Source of the DNA: an uncultured delta proteobacterium
GTDB lineage: Bacteria > Myxococcota > Myxococcia > Myxococcales > Myxococcaceae
NCBI GenBank assembly: GCA_963776345.1
Contig: CAVZMH010000007.1
Coordinates: 1 to 64,000 of the forward strand
Direction of reading: 5' to 3'
DNA length: 64,000 bases
Numbering within the stretch: the first letter of the stretch is position 1; every line of letters starts with the position of its first letter. The notes below the pieces were generated by a model. That model did not search any database and had not been told where the DNA came from. It saw nothing but the letters and a program-made list of their open reading frames with translations. Shown here one piece after another: positions 53,492 through 61,840 of the stretch. Position numbers and translations under genes: made by a program.

Positions 53492-54610
53492 ATGCGTGCA
53501 TCGTTCCTCTGGGTTCTCTCGGCCGCGCTGGCCCTCGTGGCGTGCGGCAACGAGGAGCCTCCCTGCGAGGCGCCCGATGGTTGCCTCGCCATGAGCCGGA
53601 TCGCGGGCTCGTGCCAGTGCCTCGACTGGAAGGTCGTCTCGGACGAGATCGTGCCCCTGAAGTTCCTGGTGACGGGCGTGCTCGCCACGCCGCCGGGAAA
53701 CCAGAGCGGGGTGTCCTACGGAGACGCCTCGCTCATCGGCCCCGGGAACCCGCCGGGCAAGTCGCAGCTCGGGACGCGGCTCCGGGCCGTGCTCCGGGAC
53801 GCATCGGGCAAGCGCACCGTCCTCTCGGCGGAGGTGCCGAGCGTCGCGGGGCAGGGGCAGTACACGCTGACGGCGCTCGGTGGGACGACGCTCGCGGTCG
53901 GGATGGCGCCCGGGAACGGCATCGGCCTGGGGAACGTCCTGGACATCTACCCGCCGACCGCCCACCGGGTGATGGTCTGGGTGAATCCGGCGCTACGGAT
54001 CGTCCGGGACGCCGGCGGACACATGCGCGGCATCTGGGGGTGGAGCGGAACCTGCTTCTGGCCCGAGGGAGCGAGTGGAGGCTCCGGGACGTGCTCGGCG
54101 CCGAACGTGTTCATGGTCACGCTCGATCGAGATCGCCGGGAACGTCGCAGAACCCTTTCCCGTGGGAGGCCGCGTTCCTGGGCACGCTCACGCAGTCCGA
54201 GCGCGCCGCGATCCTCGCGTACGACGGGCTCTCGGGGGTCCCGTTCTTCCCGACGGCTGCCCGAGCTGGACGCGGATCCGCGGTTCCTTCGCCTCGCGGA
54301 GGTGAACGTCGATCCCCTCGGGTCACACTTCCCGGACCCGGTCCAGTGGACTCCCTGTTCCTCGGTGGCGAGGGATGAGGACTTCCCGGTGCTCGCCACG
54401 ACGGAGATCCCGCTCTCGGCCACGGAGAGCGTGCTGATCGAGCACAGCTGGCTGTCGACGACGCTGGACTGCACGACCCAGACACTGGGCCTCTTCGCGG
54501 GGACGAGCACTCCCGGATGCCAGCTGGACGCGATCGCCTACGTGGACCGGATGTTCGGGACCCTGGCGTTTCTGCCCGTCGGCAGCCGGGCGGCGTGCAC
54601 CGTTCCCTGA
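53492..54610 (+). CDS. Cys-containing lipoprotein of unknown function; three compensating +1 errors between about 54128 and 54262
   Basis: Lipobox LVAC. The out-of-frame segment reads naturally (WEAAFLGTLTQSERAAILAYDGL) in another frame. Confidence 0.65.
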   Translation: MRASFLWVLSAALALVACGNEEPPCEAPDGCLAMSRIAGSCQCLDWKVVSDEIVPLKFLVTGVLATPPGNQSGVSYGDASLIGPGNPPGKSQLGTRLRAVLRDASGKRTVLSAEVPSVAGQGQYTLTALGGTTLAVGMAPGNGIGLGNVLDIYPPTAHRVMVWVNPALRIVRDAGGHMRGIWGWSGTCFWPEGASGGSGTCSAPNVFMVTLDRDRRERRRTLSRGRPRSWARSRSPSAPRSSRTTGSRGSRSSRRLPELDADPRFLRLAEVNVDPLGSHFPDPVQWTPCSSVARDEDFPVLATTEIPLSATESVLIEHSWLSTTLDCTTQTLGLFAGTSTPGCQLDAIAYVDRMFGTLAFLPVGSRAACTVP

Positions 54611-54681
54611 GCCGCGGACCTCCAGCGTCCGGTGACGGCCGTGCGCGTGGATTTGCCGCACCCCGGCTAGACTGCGGCCGC

Positions 54682-55068
54682 GTGAAACACTTCGCGATGC
54701 TCGTCGTTGCCGGCGTGTTGCTCCTCGCATCCGTGGCGCTGGCCAAGCGCGTGGCCCCACCCGAGGTGAAGCCGCTCGTGCACCAGGGCGTCACGTATCG
54801 CGCGGGTCACGCCAGGGACGCGCACGGGAACCGGGGCACGGTGGAGGCCGTGGATGCGAGCACCGGGAAGCGGCTGTGGATCGTCACCGTGTACGAGATC
54901 CCCTACAAGGCGGGGCTCGAGACCGACGTGCAGGACGTGTTCATCAAGAGCCTCGCCATCGACGACGGGTGCTTGCGGGTCACGGACGAACGCGGCAAGA
55001 GCTACTGCGTCGAGCGCGAGACGGGTGCGGTGCACCGGGTGATCTCGCCGCACGACGCTGGCGTCTGA
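54682..55068 (+). CDS. Small secreted protein with a PQQ-like beta-repeat motif
   Basis: Signal peptide ending ALA-KRVAPPEV, plus VEAVDASTGKRLW and LETDVQDVFI. Confidence 0.65.
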   Translation: MKHFAMLVVAGVLLLASVALAKRVAPPEVKPLVHQGVTYRAGHARDAHGNRGTVEAVDASTGKRLWIVTVYEIPYKAGLETDVQDVFIKSLAIDDGCLRVTDERGKSYCVERETGAVHRVISPHDAGV

Positions 55069-55227
55069 ACGCGGCTCGGCGGGCGGCCACGAGCACCTCG
55101 GCGGGCAGAAGCCGGACGTCGAGCGAGGCATGCAGCCGGCCTCGCCAGATGTGACTCGTCCTCGAGCGTCGATGCGCGGGGCCGACTCCGTGCTCCCGGT
55201 CGTCGCGCCCGAGCCCGAACGCCTGGG

Positions 55228-56322
55228 TCAGCCGGCGTCGGGACCCTCCGTGGCGGCGCTCCTCTCGGCGGCGAGGAGCGCCCGCTTCCGTTCCGGCCCC
55301 CAGCGGTAGCCGGAGAGGCTCCCGTCGGAGTGCACGACGCGGTGACAGGGGACTGCGAGCGCGACCGGGTTCATGGCGCAGGCCCGCGCCACCGCCCGGG
55401 CCGCCGTCGGATGCCCGACCGAGCGCGCCACCTCGGCGTAGCTCGCGGTGCTCCCGCTGGGGATGGCCCGCAGCGCCTGCCACACCTGGCGCTGGAAGGT
55501 GGTCGCCTGGACGTCGAGCGGCAGCCGCTCGGCGCCGGAGCGCTCCCCCAGCGCGGCGGCCGCGGCGCGGAGCCGGGCATCCGACCCGGGCGTGGCCCGC
55601 TCGAGCTCGGCGGCGGGGAACTCGGAGCGGAGCAGCGCCTCGAGCGCGCCCGCGCTCTCGCCGAAGGCCACCCGGCACATCCCGCGCTCGGTCCGCGCCA
55701 GGAGCAGCGCCCCGAGGGGGGTGTCGAGCACCGTCCAGAGGATGCGCAACCCCGCGCCCCCCTTCCCGTACTGCGCCGGGCTCATCCCCATCTGCTGGCG
55801 CGCCGCCGCGTACGCCCGCCCTGCCGAGCCGTAGCCCGCCTCGAGCCAGGCCTCGGTCACCGGGCGGCCGGCGCGCAGCTCCGCCTTCCAGCGCTCGAGC
55901 CGCGCCGCGGCGACGAACTCCTTGGGCGAGAGGCCGGTGTGCTTCTTGAAAGTCTTCTGGAGGTGCGCCGGGCTGAAGCCGGTCACGCTGGCGAGCGCGT
56001 CCAGCCCCGGGGGAGACTCGAGGTCGGCGACCAGGAGCGCCTTCACCTTCTCCACCAGCGCCTCGGCCGGGCGCTGATCCAGCTCGGGCCGGCAGCGCTT
56101 GCAGGCGCGGTAGCCCTGTCGCTCGGCGGTGGCCGCGTCGGCGAGGAAGCGCACGTTCTTCCGGAGCGGGCGCCGCGCCGGGCAGGTGGGCCGGCAGTAG
56201 ATGCAGGTCGTCTCGACGGCCACGACGAAGCGGCCGTCCGCGCCGGGGTCGCGCCGGACGAACGCCTCCCAGCGGCCGTCCTCGGGGTCGTCGTGCACCA
56301 TCTCCAGAGAATGCAGGTCCAT
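55228..56322 (-). CDS. ada: Bifunctional Ada (Zn-binding methylphosphotriester repair domain + AraC HTH + O6-methylguanine methyltransferase)
   Basis: IYCRPTCPAR, GYRACKRCRP, an HTH, TTFQRQVW and VPCHRVV. Confidence 0.95.
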   Translation of the reverse strand: MDLHSLEMVHDDPEDGRWEAFVRRDPGADGRFVVAVETTCIYCRPTCPARRPLRKNVRFLADAATAERQGYRACKRCRPELDQRPAEALVEKVKALLVADLESPPGLDALASVTGFSPAHLQKTFKKHTGLSPKEFVAAARLERWKAELRAGRPVTEAWLEAGYGSAGRAYAAARQQMGMSPAQYGKGGAGLRILWTVLDTPLGALLLARTERGMCRVAFGESAGALEALLRSEFPAAELERATPGSDARLRAAAAALGERSGAERLPLDVQATTFQRQVWQALRAIPSGSTASYAEVARSVGHPTAARAVARACAMNPVALAVPCHRVVHSDGSLSGYRWGPERKRALLAAERSAATEGPDAG

Positions 56323-56425
56323 TCGGGTCCTCGCACGTCGTTGATGGCCCTGGAATAGCCCCGGCTGCGCCTCGGCCGCGTGCCGGCTCCTGCGCTGGAT
56401 GTGCGGGAGCGAAGGAGCGGGCCTG

Positions 56426-56476
56426 GAGGCAGGTAACGAGGTAGGTAACGAGGTGTTTGACACCTCGAAAAGTCGA
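56426..56476. repeat. Three imperfect tandem 12-mers with overlapping palindromes between pfkA and ada
   Basis: GAGGCAGGTAAC GAGGTAGGTAAC GAGGTGTTTGAC; palindromes CGAGGTGT-ttg-ACACCTCG and CTCGA-aaag-TCGAG. Confidence 0.6.
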
Positions 56477-56505
56477 GTGTTCTCAGTGAGCTTCCGCCCG
56501 GCGGG

Positions 56506-57543
56506 CTACCCGAAGAAGACCCGGGCCACGTCGAAGTACTCGGCCGGAACGCGCTTGAGCGTCCGGGTCGCGTCGGCGAGCGCGACGCTGGTGACCTCGT
56601 TCCCGCGCAGCGCCGCCATCCTCCCGAACTCGCCCCTGGCCACCATGTCGCAGGCGTGGACGCCGAAGCGGGAGGCGAGCACCCGGTCGTGCGCGGTGGG
56701 GGTGCCGCCACGCTGGATGTGGCCCAGCACCGACACCCGCGTCTCGAACCCCGTCCGCCGCTCGAGCTCCTGCGCCACGAACTGGCCCACGCCCCCGAGC
56801 CGCACCCGCCCCGCCTCGTCGAGCGCGCCCGAGGTGACCACGTGCTCCGGCTCGTCGGCGGTGGCGCGGATCTTCGTCCCCTCCGCCACCACCACGATGC
56901 TGAAGCTCGTCCCGCCGGCGTAGCGCCGCTTCAGCTGCTCGGCCACCGCTGCCAGGTCCGCCGGCTCCTCGGGGACCAGGATGACGTCTGCGCCCCCGGC
57001 GATCCCCGCATGGGTGGCGATCCAGCCGACGTGGCGGCCCATCACCTCCACCACGATGACCCGCTTGTGCGACTCGGCGGTGCTGTGCAGCCGGTCGATG
57101 GCCTCGGTGGCGATCGACACCGCGGTGTCGAAGCCGAAGGTGTAGTCCGTGCCGTTGAGGTCGTTGTCGATGGTCTTGGGGATCCCCACCACCGGGAGCC
57201 CGTGCTCGTACAGCCGGGCCGCCGCCGAGAGCGTGCCCTCGCCCCCGATGGCCACCACGGCCTGGATGCCGTGCCTCGCGGCGTTCGCCAGCACCTTCTC
57301 CGCGCCGCCCTCGACCGTGAACGGATTCACCCGGCTCGTCCCGAGGATGGTGCCGCCCCGGTGGAGGATGCCCGCGGTGTTCTCGCGGGTGAGGGTGAAG
57401 ATGCGATCCTCGATGAGGCCCTTCCAGCCGTCGCGGAGACCCACCACCTCGAACTGGTGATTCTGGGCCCGACGGACGACGGCGCGGATGACGGCATTGA
57501 GACCGGGGCAGTCGCCTCCACCGGTCAGCACGGCGATTCGCAT
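56506..57543 (-). CDS. pfkA: 6-phosphofructokinase (PfkA family)
   Basis: LTGGGDCPGLN, GGTILGTSR, IPKTIDND, EVMGR and LGHIQRGG. Confidence 0.95.
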   Translation of the reverse strand: MRIAVLTGGGDCPGLNAVIRAVVRRAQNHQFEVVGLRDGWKGLIEDRIFTLTRENTAGILHRGGTILGTSRVNPFTVEGGAEKVLANAARHGIQAVVAIGGEGTLSAAARLYEHGLPVVGIPKTIDNDLNGTDYTFGFDTAVSIATEAIDRLHSTAESHKRVIVVEVMGRHVGWIATHAGIAGGADVILVPEEPADLAAVAEQLKRRYAGGTSFSIVVVAEGTKIRATADEPEHVVTSGALDEAGRVRLGGVGQFVAQELERRTGFETRVSVLGHIQRGGTPTAHDRVLASRFGVHACDMVARGEFGRMAALRGNEVTSVALADATRTLKRVPAEYFDVARVFFG

Positions 57544-57597
57544 GGAGTGGGGCGCAGTCTGGCCCGGCCGGCAGCGAGCGCCAAGGGCCTCGCCGAG

Positions 57598-58560
57598 CTA
57601 GCGCGCGGAAGCGGACCCTCGCTCGGCCAGCCCCGGGACGGCCAGCCGGGGAGCGTCCCCGGCGAGGGCGGAGGCGCCGAGCAGCACCGCCGCGAGCCAG
57701 ACCGCGTCCGCGAGCAGCAGGTGGACCAGCTGCATCCACACCGGCGCGAGCAGCACCAGATTGACCATCCCGGCGGTGAGCTGGAGCACCACCAGCGTGG
57801 CCAGGGCGATGGCGGCGCGCCGGATGGGGCGCCCCGGACGCAGCAGGCTCGAGACGGCGGCCGTCGCCAGGAGCAGCGTGCCGACCGCGACCGCCAGGAG
57901 CGGATGGAGCACCCGCAGCCGGAGGAGCACGTGCGCGCCGCCTGCCATGTCCTGCCGGAACCCCTCGGCCAGCGAGCGCGCGGGGAAGAGCGTGTCCCCG
58001 AGCGCGGCGATGGCACCGCTGACGCCCAGCACCAGGAGGCCGAGCAGCGCCGCCGGGACCAGCACGCCGACCGCTCCCTGTTCCCGGAACCGCGGGCTCG
58101 CCGTGCCCCCGGCCCACGCGCCGGTCAGCGCCACCACCGCGAGCAGGAAGAAGGTGTTGACGAGATGCAGGCACATCACCACCGCGCGGGTCAGCGAGTC
58201 GTCGGTCCCGGTGAGCCGCAGGAGCACCAGCGCGGCGCCGATCGCCCCCTCGAGGAGGATGGCGACCACCCCGAGCGCCGCCCCGGCGCGGACCCGGTGC
58301 CGGCGCGGGAAGGCGACGAAGCCCCACGCCGCCCATCCGATGACCGCCAGGGTGACCAGGGCGCTCGAGACCCGATGACTGAACTCGATGAGGGTCTCGA
58401 GGGCCGGAGCGCGGGGCAGCACCTGGCCGTTGCAGACCGGCCAGTGCGCGCCGCAGCCCGCGCCGGACCCGGTGGCCCGCACGAACGCCCCCCACACCAC
58501 CACCGCCAGGAGGAAGGCGACCAGGCCCCAGGTTGCACGCGCGAAGCGGCCGTTCACCAT
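57598..58560 (-). CDS. ctaA: Heme A synthase (COX15/CtaA family)
   Basis: GAFVRATGSGAGCGAHWPVCNG, IEFSHR, further His residues in TM helices, and QLVHLLLA. Confidence 0.88.
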   Translation of the reverse strand: MVNGRFARATWGLVAFLLAVVVWGAFVRATGSGAGCGAHWPVCNGQVLPRAPALETLIEFSHRVSSALVTLAVIGWAAWGFVAFPRRHRVRAGAALGVVAILLEGAIGAALVLLRLTGTDDSLTRAVVMCLHLVNTFFLLAVVALTGAWAGGTASPRFREQGAVGVLVPAALLGLLVLGVSGAIAALGDTLFPARSLAEGFRQDMAGGAHVLLRLRVLHPLLAVAVGTLLLATAAVSSLLRPGRPIRRAAIALATLVVLQLTAGMVNLVLLAPVWMQLVHLLLADAVWLAAVLLGASALAGDAPRLAVPGLAERGSASAR

Positions 58561-58635
58561 GACGACCGCGCTGCTTAGCAGCAGCCGCGGGTTGCTGCCA
58601 TGCTGCCCGGTGCCCGAACACGGGGAGGGAGGCTC

Positions 58636-59103
58636 ATGAGCTTCGAGGTCCGGACAGACAGCCTTCCGGGAACGGCCACCGCGCTGGGGTGGGCGCGAGG
58701 CCATACCGTGGTCATCGACCGCCCGGCGGACGGCGGGGGCCAGGACCTCGGCTTCAACGGCGCCGAGCTCATGCACCTCGCCGTCGCGGCCTGCGTCTCG
58801 AACGACCTGTTCCGCGAGGCGTGGGCGCTCGGCCTCCGGCTCACCCGGGTGGCGGTCACGGCGCGAGGCGAGTTCACCGGCTCACCGCAGGTCTCGTCCG
58901 GAATCGGCTACTCGGTCGAGGTCTGGGGAGACGCCCCGGACGCCGTGCTCCGGGAGCTGGTGTCGCGGGTGGACGCCATTGCCGAGATCCCCAACTCGCT
59001 CCGGCAGGGGACGGTGGTACGGCTCTCGGAGGCGACCGTGCATCGCACCGATGGCGCCCCGGCGGCGGACCCGGCCCCGCGCACCTCGGGGGTCTCCGGG
59101 TGA
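58636..59103 (+). CDS. OsmC/Ohr family protein
   Basis: IDRPADGGGQDLGFNGAELMHLAVAAC and AEIPNSL; strong SD GGGAGG. Confidence 0.8.
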   Translation: MSFEVRTDSLPGTATALGWARGHTVVIDRPADGGGQDLGFNGAELMHLAVAACVSNDLFREAWALGLRLTRVAVTARGEFTGSPQVSSGIGYSVEVWGDAPDAVLRELVSRVDAIAEIPNSLRQGTVVRLSEATVHRTDGAPAADPAPRTSGVSG

Positions 59104-60281
59104 GTCTCGCCCGGCTTCGCGGGGAGACGGTCGACGTCCGGCTCTGGACTCCGGTGGAGCAGGTCGAGTCCCAGGCGCTCACCCAGCTCCGCAACATCGC
59201 CAGCCTCCCCTGGGTCGCTCACGTGGCGGTCATGCCCGACGTGCACTTCGGGAAGGGCGCCACCGTGGGCTCGGTCATCGGGATGCGCGGCGCGGTCTCG
59301 CCCGCGGCCGTCGGCGTGGACATCGGCTGCGGCATGGGCGCGGTGCGGACCAGTCTCACTACGGAGGACCTGCCGGAGAGCCTGCGCGGCATCCGCTCGG
59401 ACCTGGAGGGCGCCATCCCGGTCGGTTTCGCCGCGCACGACGAGGTCGCGAGGCCGGAGGACCCGCGCCTCCGCGCCGAGGTGAAGGAGATGCTCGACGG
59501 CTTCGACGAGCTCGACCGCTCGGTGAAGGACCTGCGCACCCGGGCGGGGAGGCAGCTCGGCACGCTCGGCGGCGGGAACCACTTCATCGAGCTGTGCCTC
59601 GACACCGAGAGCCGCGTCTGGCTGATGCTGCACTCGGGCTCGCGCAACATCGGCAAGACGCTGGCCGAGGTGCACATGGCCCGGGCCCGCAAGCTGAAGC
59701 ACAACCGCGCCCTGGCCGACCCGGACCTGGCGGTGTTCCTGGCCGGCACCGAGGAGATGGCCGCCTACCGCCGGGACCTCGAGTGGGCGCAGCGGTACGC
59801 CATGCTCAACCGACGGCTGATGTTCGACCTCTATGTGCAGGTCGTCCGCCGTCACTTCCCGGAGGTCCGGCTCGACGAGCCGGTGCTCTGTCACCACAAC
59901 TACGTCGCCGAGGAGACGCACCACGGCGAGCAGCTGCTGGTGACGCGGAAAGGCGCCATCTCCGCCAGGGCCGGACAGCTCGGCGTCATCCCCGGCTCGA
60001 TGGGGACGCGGAGCTACATCGTCCGGGGCCTGGGGAACGCCGAGTCGCTGCACTCGGCGTCACACGGCGCGGGGCGAAAGATGTCCCGCGGCGAGGCCAA
60101 GCGTCGGTTCAGCGTGAAGGACCTCGCCGAGCAGACGGCGGGCGTGGAGTGCCGGAAGGATGGCGGGGTGCTCGACGAGATTCCCGGCGCCTACAAGCCC
60201 ATCGAGCAGGTGATGGAGTACCAGAGGGACCTGGTGGAGATCGTCGCCGAGCTGAAGCAGGTGCTCTGCGTGAAGGGCTGA
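59100..60281 (+). CDS. rtcB: RNA 3'-phosphate/5'-OH ligase RtcB
   Basis: MPDVH.GKG, VGVDIGCG, GTLGGGNHF, LHSGSR, HHNY, RKGA, IPGSMG, SHGAGR and DEIPGAYK. Confidence 0.96.
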   Translation: MSLARLRGETVDVRLWTPVEQVESQALTQLRNIASLPWVAHVAVMPDVHFGKGATVGSVIGMRGAVSPAAVGVDIGCGMGAVRTSLTTEDLPESLRGIRSDLEGAIPVGFAAHDEVARPEDPRLRAEVKEMLDGFDELDRSVKDLRTRAGRQLGTLGGGNHFIELCLDTESRVWLMLHSGSRNIGKTLAEVHMARARKLKHNRALADPDLAVFLAGTEEMAAYRRDLEWAQRYAMLNRRLMFDLYVQVVRRHFPEVRLDEPVLCHHNYVAEETHHGEQLLVTRKGAISARAGQLGVIPGSMGTRSYIVRGLGNAESLHSASHGAGRKMSRGEAKRRFSVKDLAEQTAGVECRKDGGVLDEIPGAYKPIEQVMEYQRDLVEIVAELKQVLCVKG

Positions 60282-60416
60282 GACGCCGGCAGGTCGCGAG
60301 CACCACGGATGCCCGCTCCGGCGAGGCTCGGGGTGAGGGGCGTCATGGCAGCGAGCCACGCGACCTTCGAGCGGTGTGCTGGAACGTTCCGGGCGCGACC
60401 GGGGGGACCGAGCCCA

Positions 60417-60559
60417 GAGCAATCGTGGACATAGCAACTTCGCATGTCAGAGTCCGCGAGTCTGGACTCCATCGGCACTCCAACCCCTTGAAGCTTCAGG
60501 GTGCGGGTCCGCGGCATCGGGGAGCGGCAACGCCGAAGTTGCTATGTCCACGATTGCTC
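60417..60559. repeat. REP/REPIN-like palindromic element, copy B (perfect 26-bp inverted arms, 91-bp spacer)
   Basis: GAGCAATCGTGGACATAGCAACTTCG (60417-60442) and CGAAGTTGCTATGTCCACGATTGCTC (60534-60559). Confidence 0.88.
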
Positions 60560-60733
60560 CGGAGCCGGTCGCCCCCGCGCCGGCCAGGTGGGCCGAGCGC
60601 AGCGTCTCGGTCCCGACAAGGGGACCGAGCGTAGAGTCTCGCTCCCCGGGGCGTGGGGATGTGCCCCCTGAGGACCGCCCTCCCGGAGGCCCCTGGAGGA
60701 GAGACAGGCGGTCGCGGATCGTGGGGCGCGAGG

Positions 60734-61051
60734 ATGGAGCTGACGGCCGAGATGTCTCGACGGATCGAGGAACGCATCGACGCGTTCGTCGCCTCGGAGG
60801 AGTGGCACCCGGACCTCCGGAACCTCGCGGCCCGGCTCCGCGCGCTCCCGCTCTACTCCGACGTCGGAGGGTGCATCGCGCTGCGAGGCGATGGAGAAGT
60901 GATCCTCGTCGACCCGGACTACGATGGGTCAGACTCCCCCGCGAGCAGGAGGTGGGCGCTCGACGGAGGGTGGCCGGAGCGCGTGTTGCGGAGCGGGTGT
61001 CAGCGCCACCCCGAGCTCGTGGACGTCCTCGAGGTGGCGCTGAGGCGCTGA
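60734..61051 (+). CDS. Small hypothetical protein (105 aa), possibly immunity-protein-like
   Basis: SD GAGG before the ATG; globular sequence LPLYSDVGGCIALRGDGEVILVD. Confidence 0.55.
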   Translation: MELTAEMSRRIEERIDAFVASEEWHPDLRNLAARLRALPLYSDVGGCIALRGDGEVILVDPDYDGSDSPASRRWALDGGWPERVLRSGCQRHPELVDVLEVALRR

Positions 61052-61070
61052 CCCCGCGAGCTCGGAGCTC

Positions 61071-61697
61071 TCAGAACCGCCCGGCGACCATCAGGCCGGC
61101 ATGGCCGTCCGGCCCGAACGTCGGCACGACCGAGACCTTCCCCACGCTGGTGGAGCGTGGCGGGGCCGGAGCCGGGGCGCTCGACAGCTCGTAGCCCAGC
61201 ACCGCACCGGCGAGCATCAGCGGCGGGCCGAACCACATCAGCCGGCTGGCGCTCCCCTGACCGATGGCCAGCGCCGCGCCCGCGCCGAGCGCCTCGCCGA
61301 ACCAGCTCACCCAGGGCGAGCCGCGCGCGTCGAAGTACGCGCCGGTCAGCGGCACCCCCGCGGCGACGGCGAGCCCGAAGCCCGAGAGGAGCCCAGCGGC
61401 GACGGTTCCCTCCGAGCAGGTGTCGTGCACCGACAGCGAGCCGACGCAGCCCAGGTAGCCGCCGAGCGCGCCAGCCAGCGTGCCCGCGGCGCCCGCGACC
61501 AGCACCTCGGAGACCACGCGGACGGTGCGCGACGCCCGCGGCGCCCGTGGCTCGGCGACCGTGCTCACGGTGCTGTCGCCCTCCAGGGTCGGTCCGACGG
61601 CCAGCAGCGGGTGCTCGACCGCCTCGGAGCCCGCGCGCGGGACGTCTCCGGGAGGGGCGGCGAGGAGGATGGCGGTGATGGCGAGCAGGCTGCTCAT
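61071..61697 (-). CDS. Myxobacterial secreted/membrane protein with Gly/Ala-rich hydrophobic helices
   Basis: Signal-like N-terminus MSSLLAITAILLAA, glycine-zipper-like helices, and C-terminal VVPTF...GLMVAGRF. Confidence 0.6.
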   Translation of the reverse strand: MSSLLAITAILLAAPPGDVPRAGSEAVEHPLLAVGPTLEGDSTVSTVAEPRAPRASRTVRVVSEVLVAGAAGTLAGALGGYLGCVGSLSVHDTCSEGTVAAGLLSGFGLAVAAGVPLTGAYFDARGSPWVSWFGEALGAGAALAIGQGSASRLMWFGPPLMLAGAVLGYELSSAPAPAPPRSTSVGKVSVVPTFGPDGHAGLMVAGRF

Positions 61698-61797
61698 CGC
61701 TCGCGAGCTCCCCGGGGCGGGACTGACGGCCCGTGCGCGCCGGCCCTGCTCTCGCGCAGCCCACCGCATAGCAGACTGCCCCCGTCTCTCACAGCCC

Positions 61798-61822
61798 TGG
61801 GACACCGGCACAGGGTGTCCCA
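61798..61822. terminator. 9-bp hairpin just downstream of ygfZ (possible terminator or REP-like unit)
   Basis: TGGGACACC-ggcacag-GGTGTCCCA, with no clear U-tract. Confidence 0.35.
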
Positions 61823-61840
61823 CACCCCGGCGACACCGGG

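Noticed and set aside
60291..60366. 8-bp stem AGGTCGCG/CGCGACCT right after rtcB as a structured ncRNA
   Set aside because: Short GC-rich complementarity is expected by chance, and there are no recognisable tRNA, Y-RNA or riboswitch motifs.
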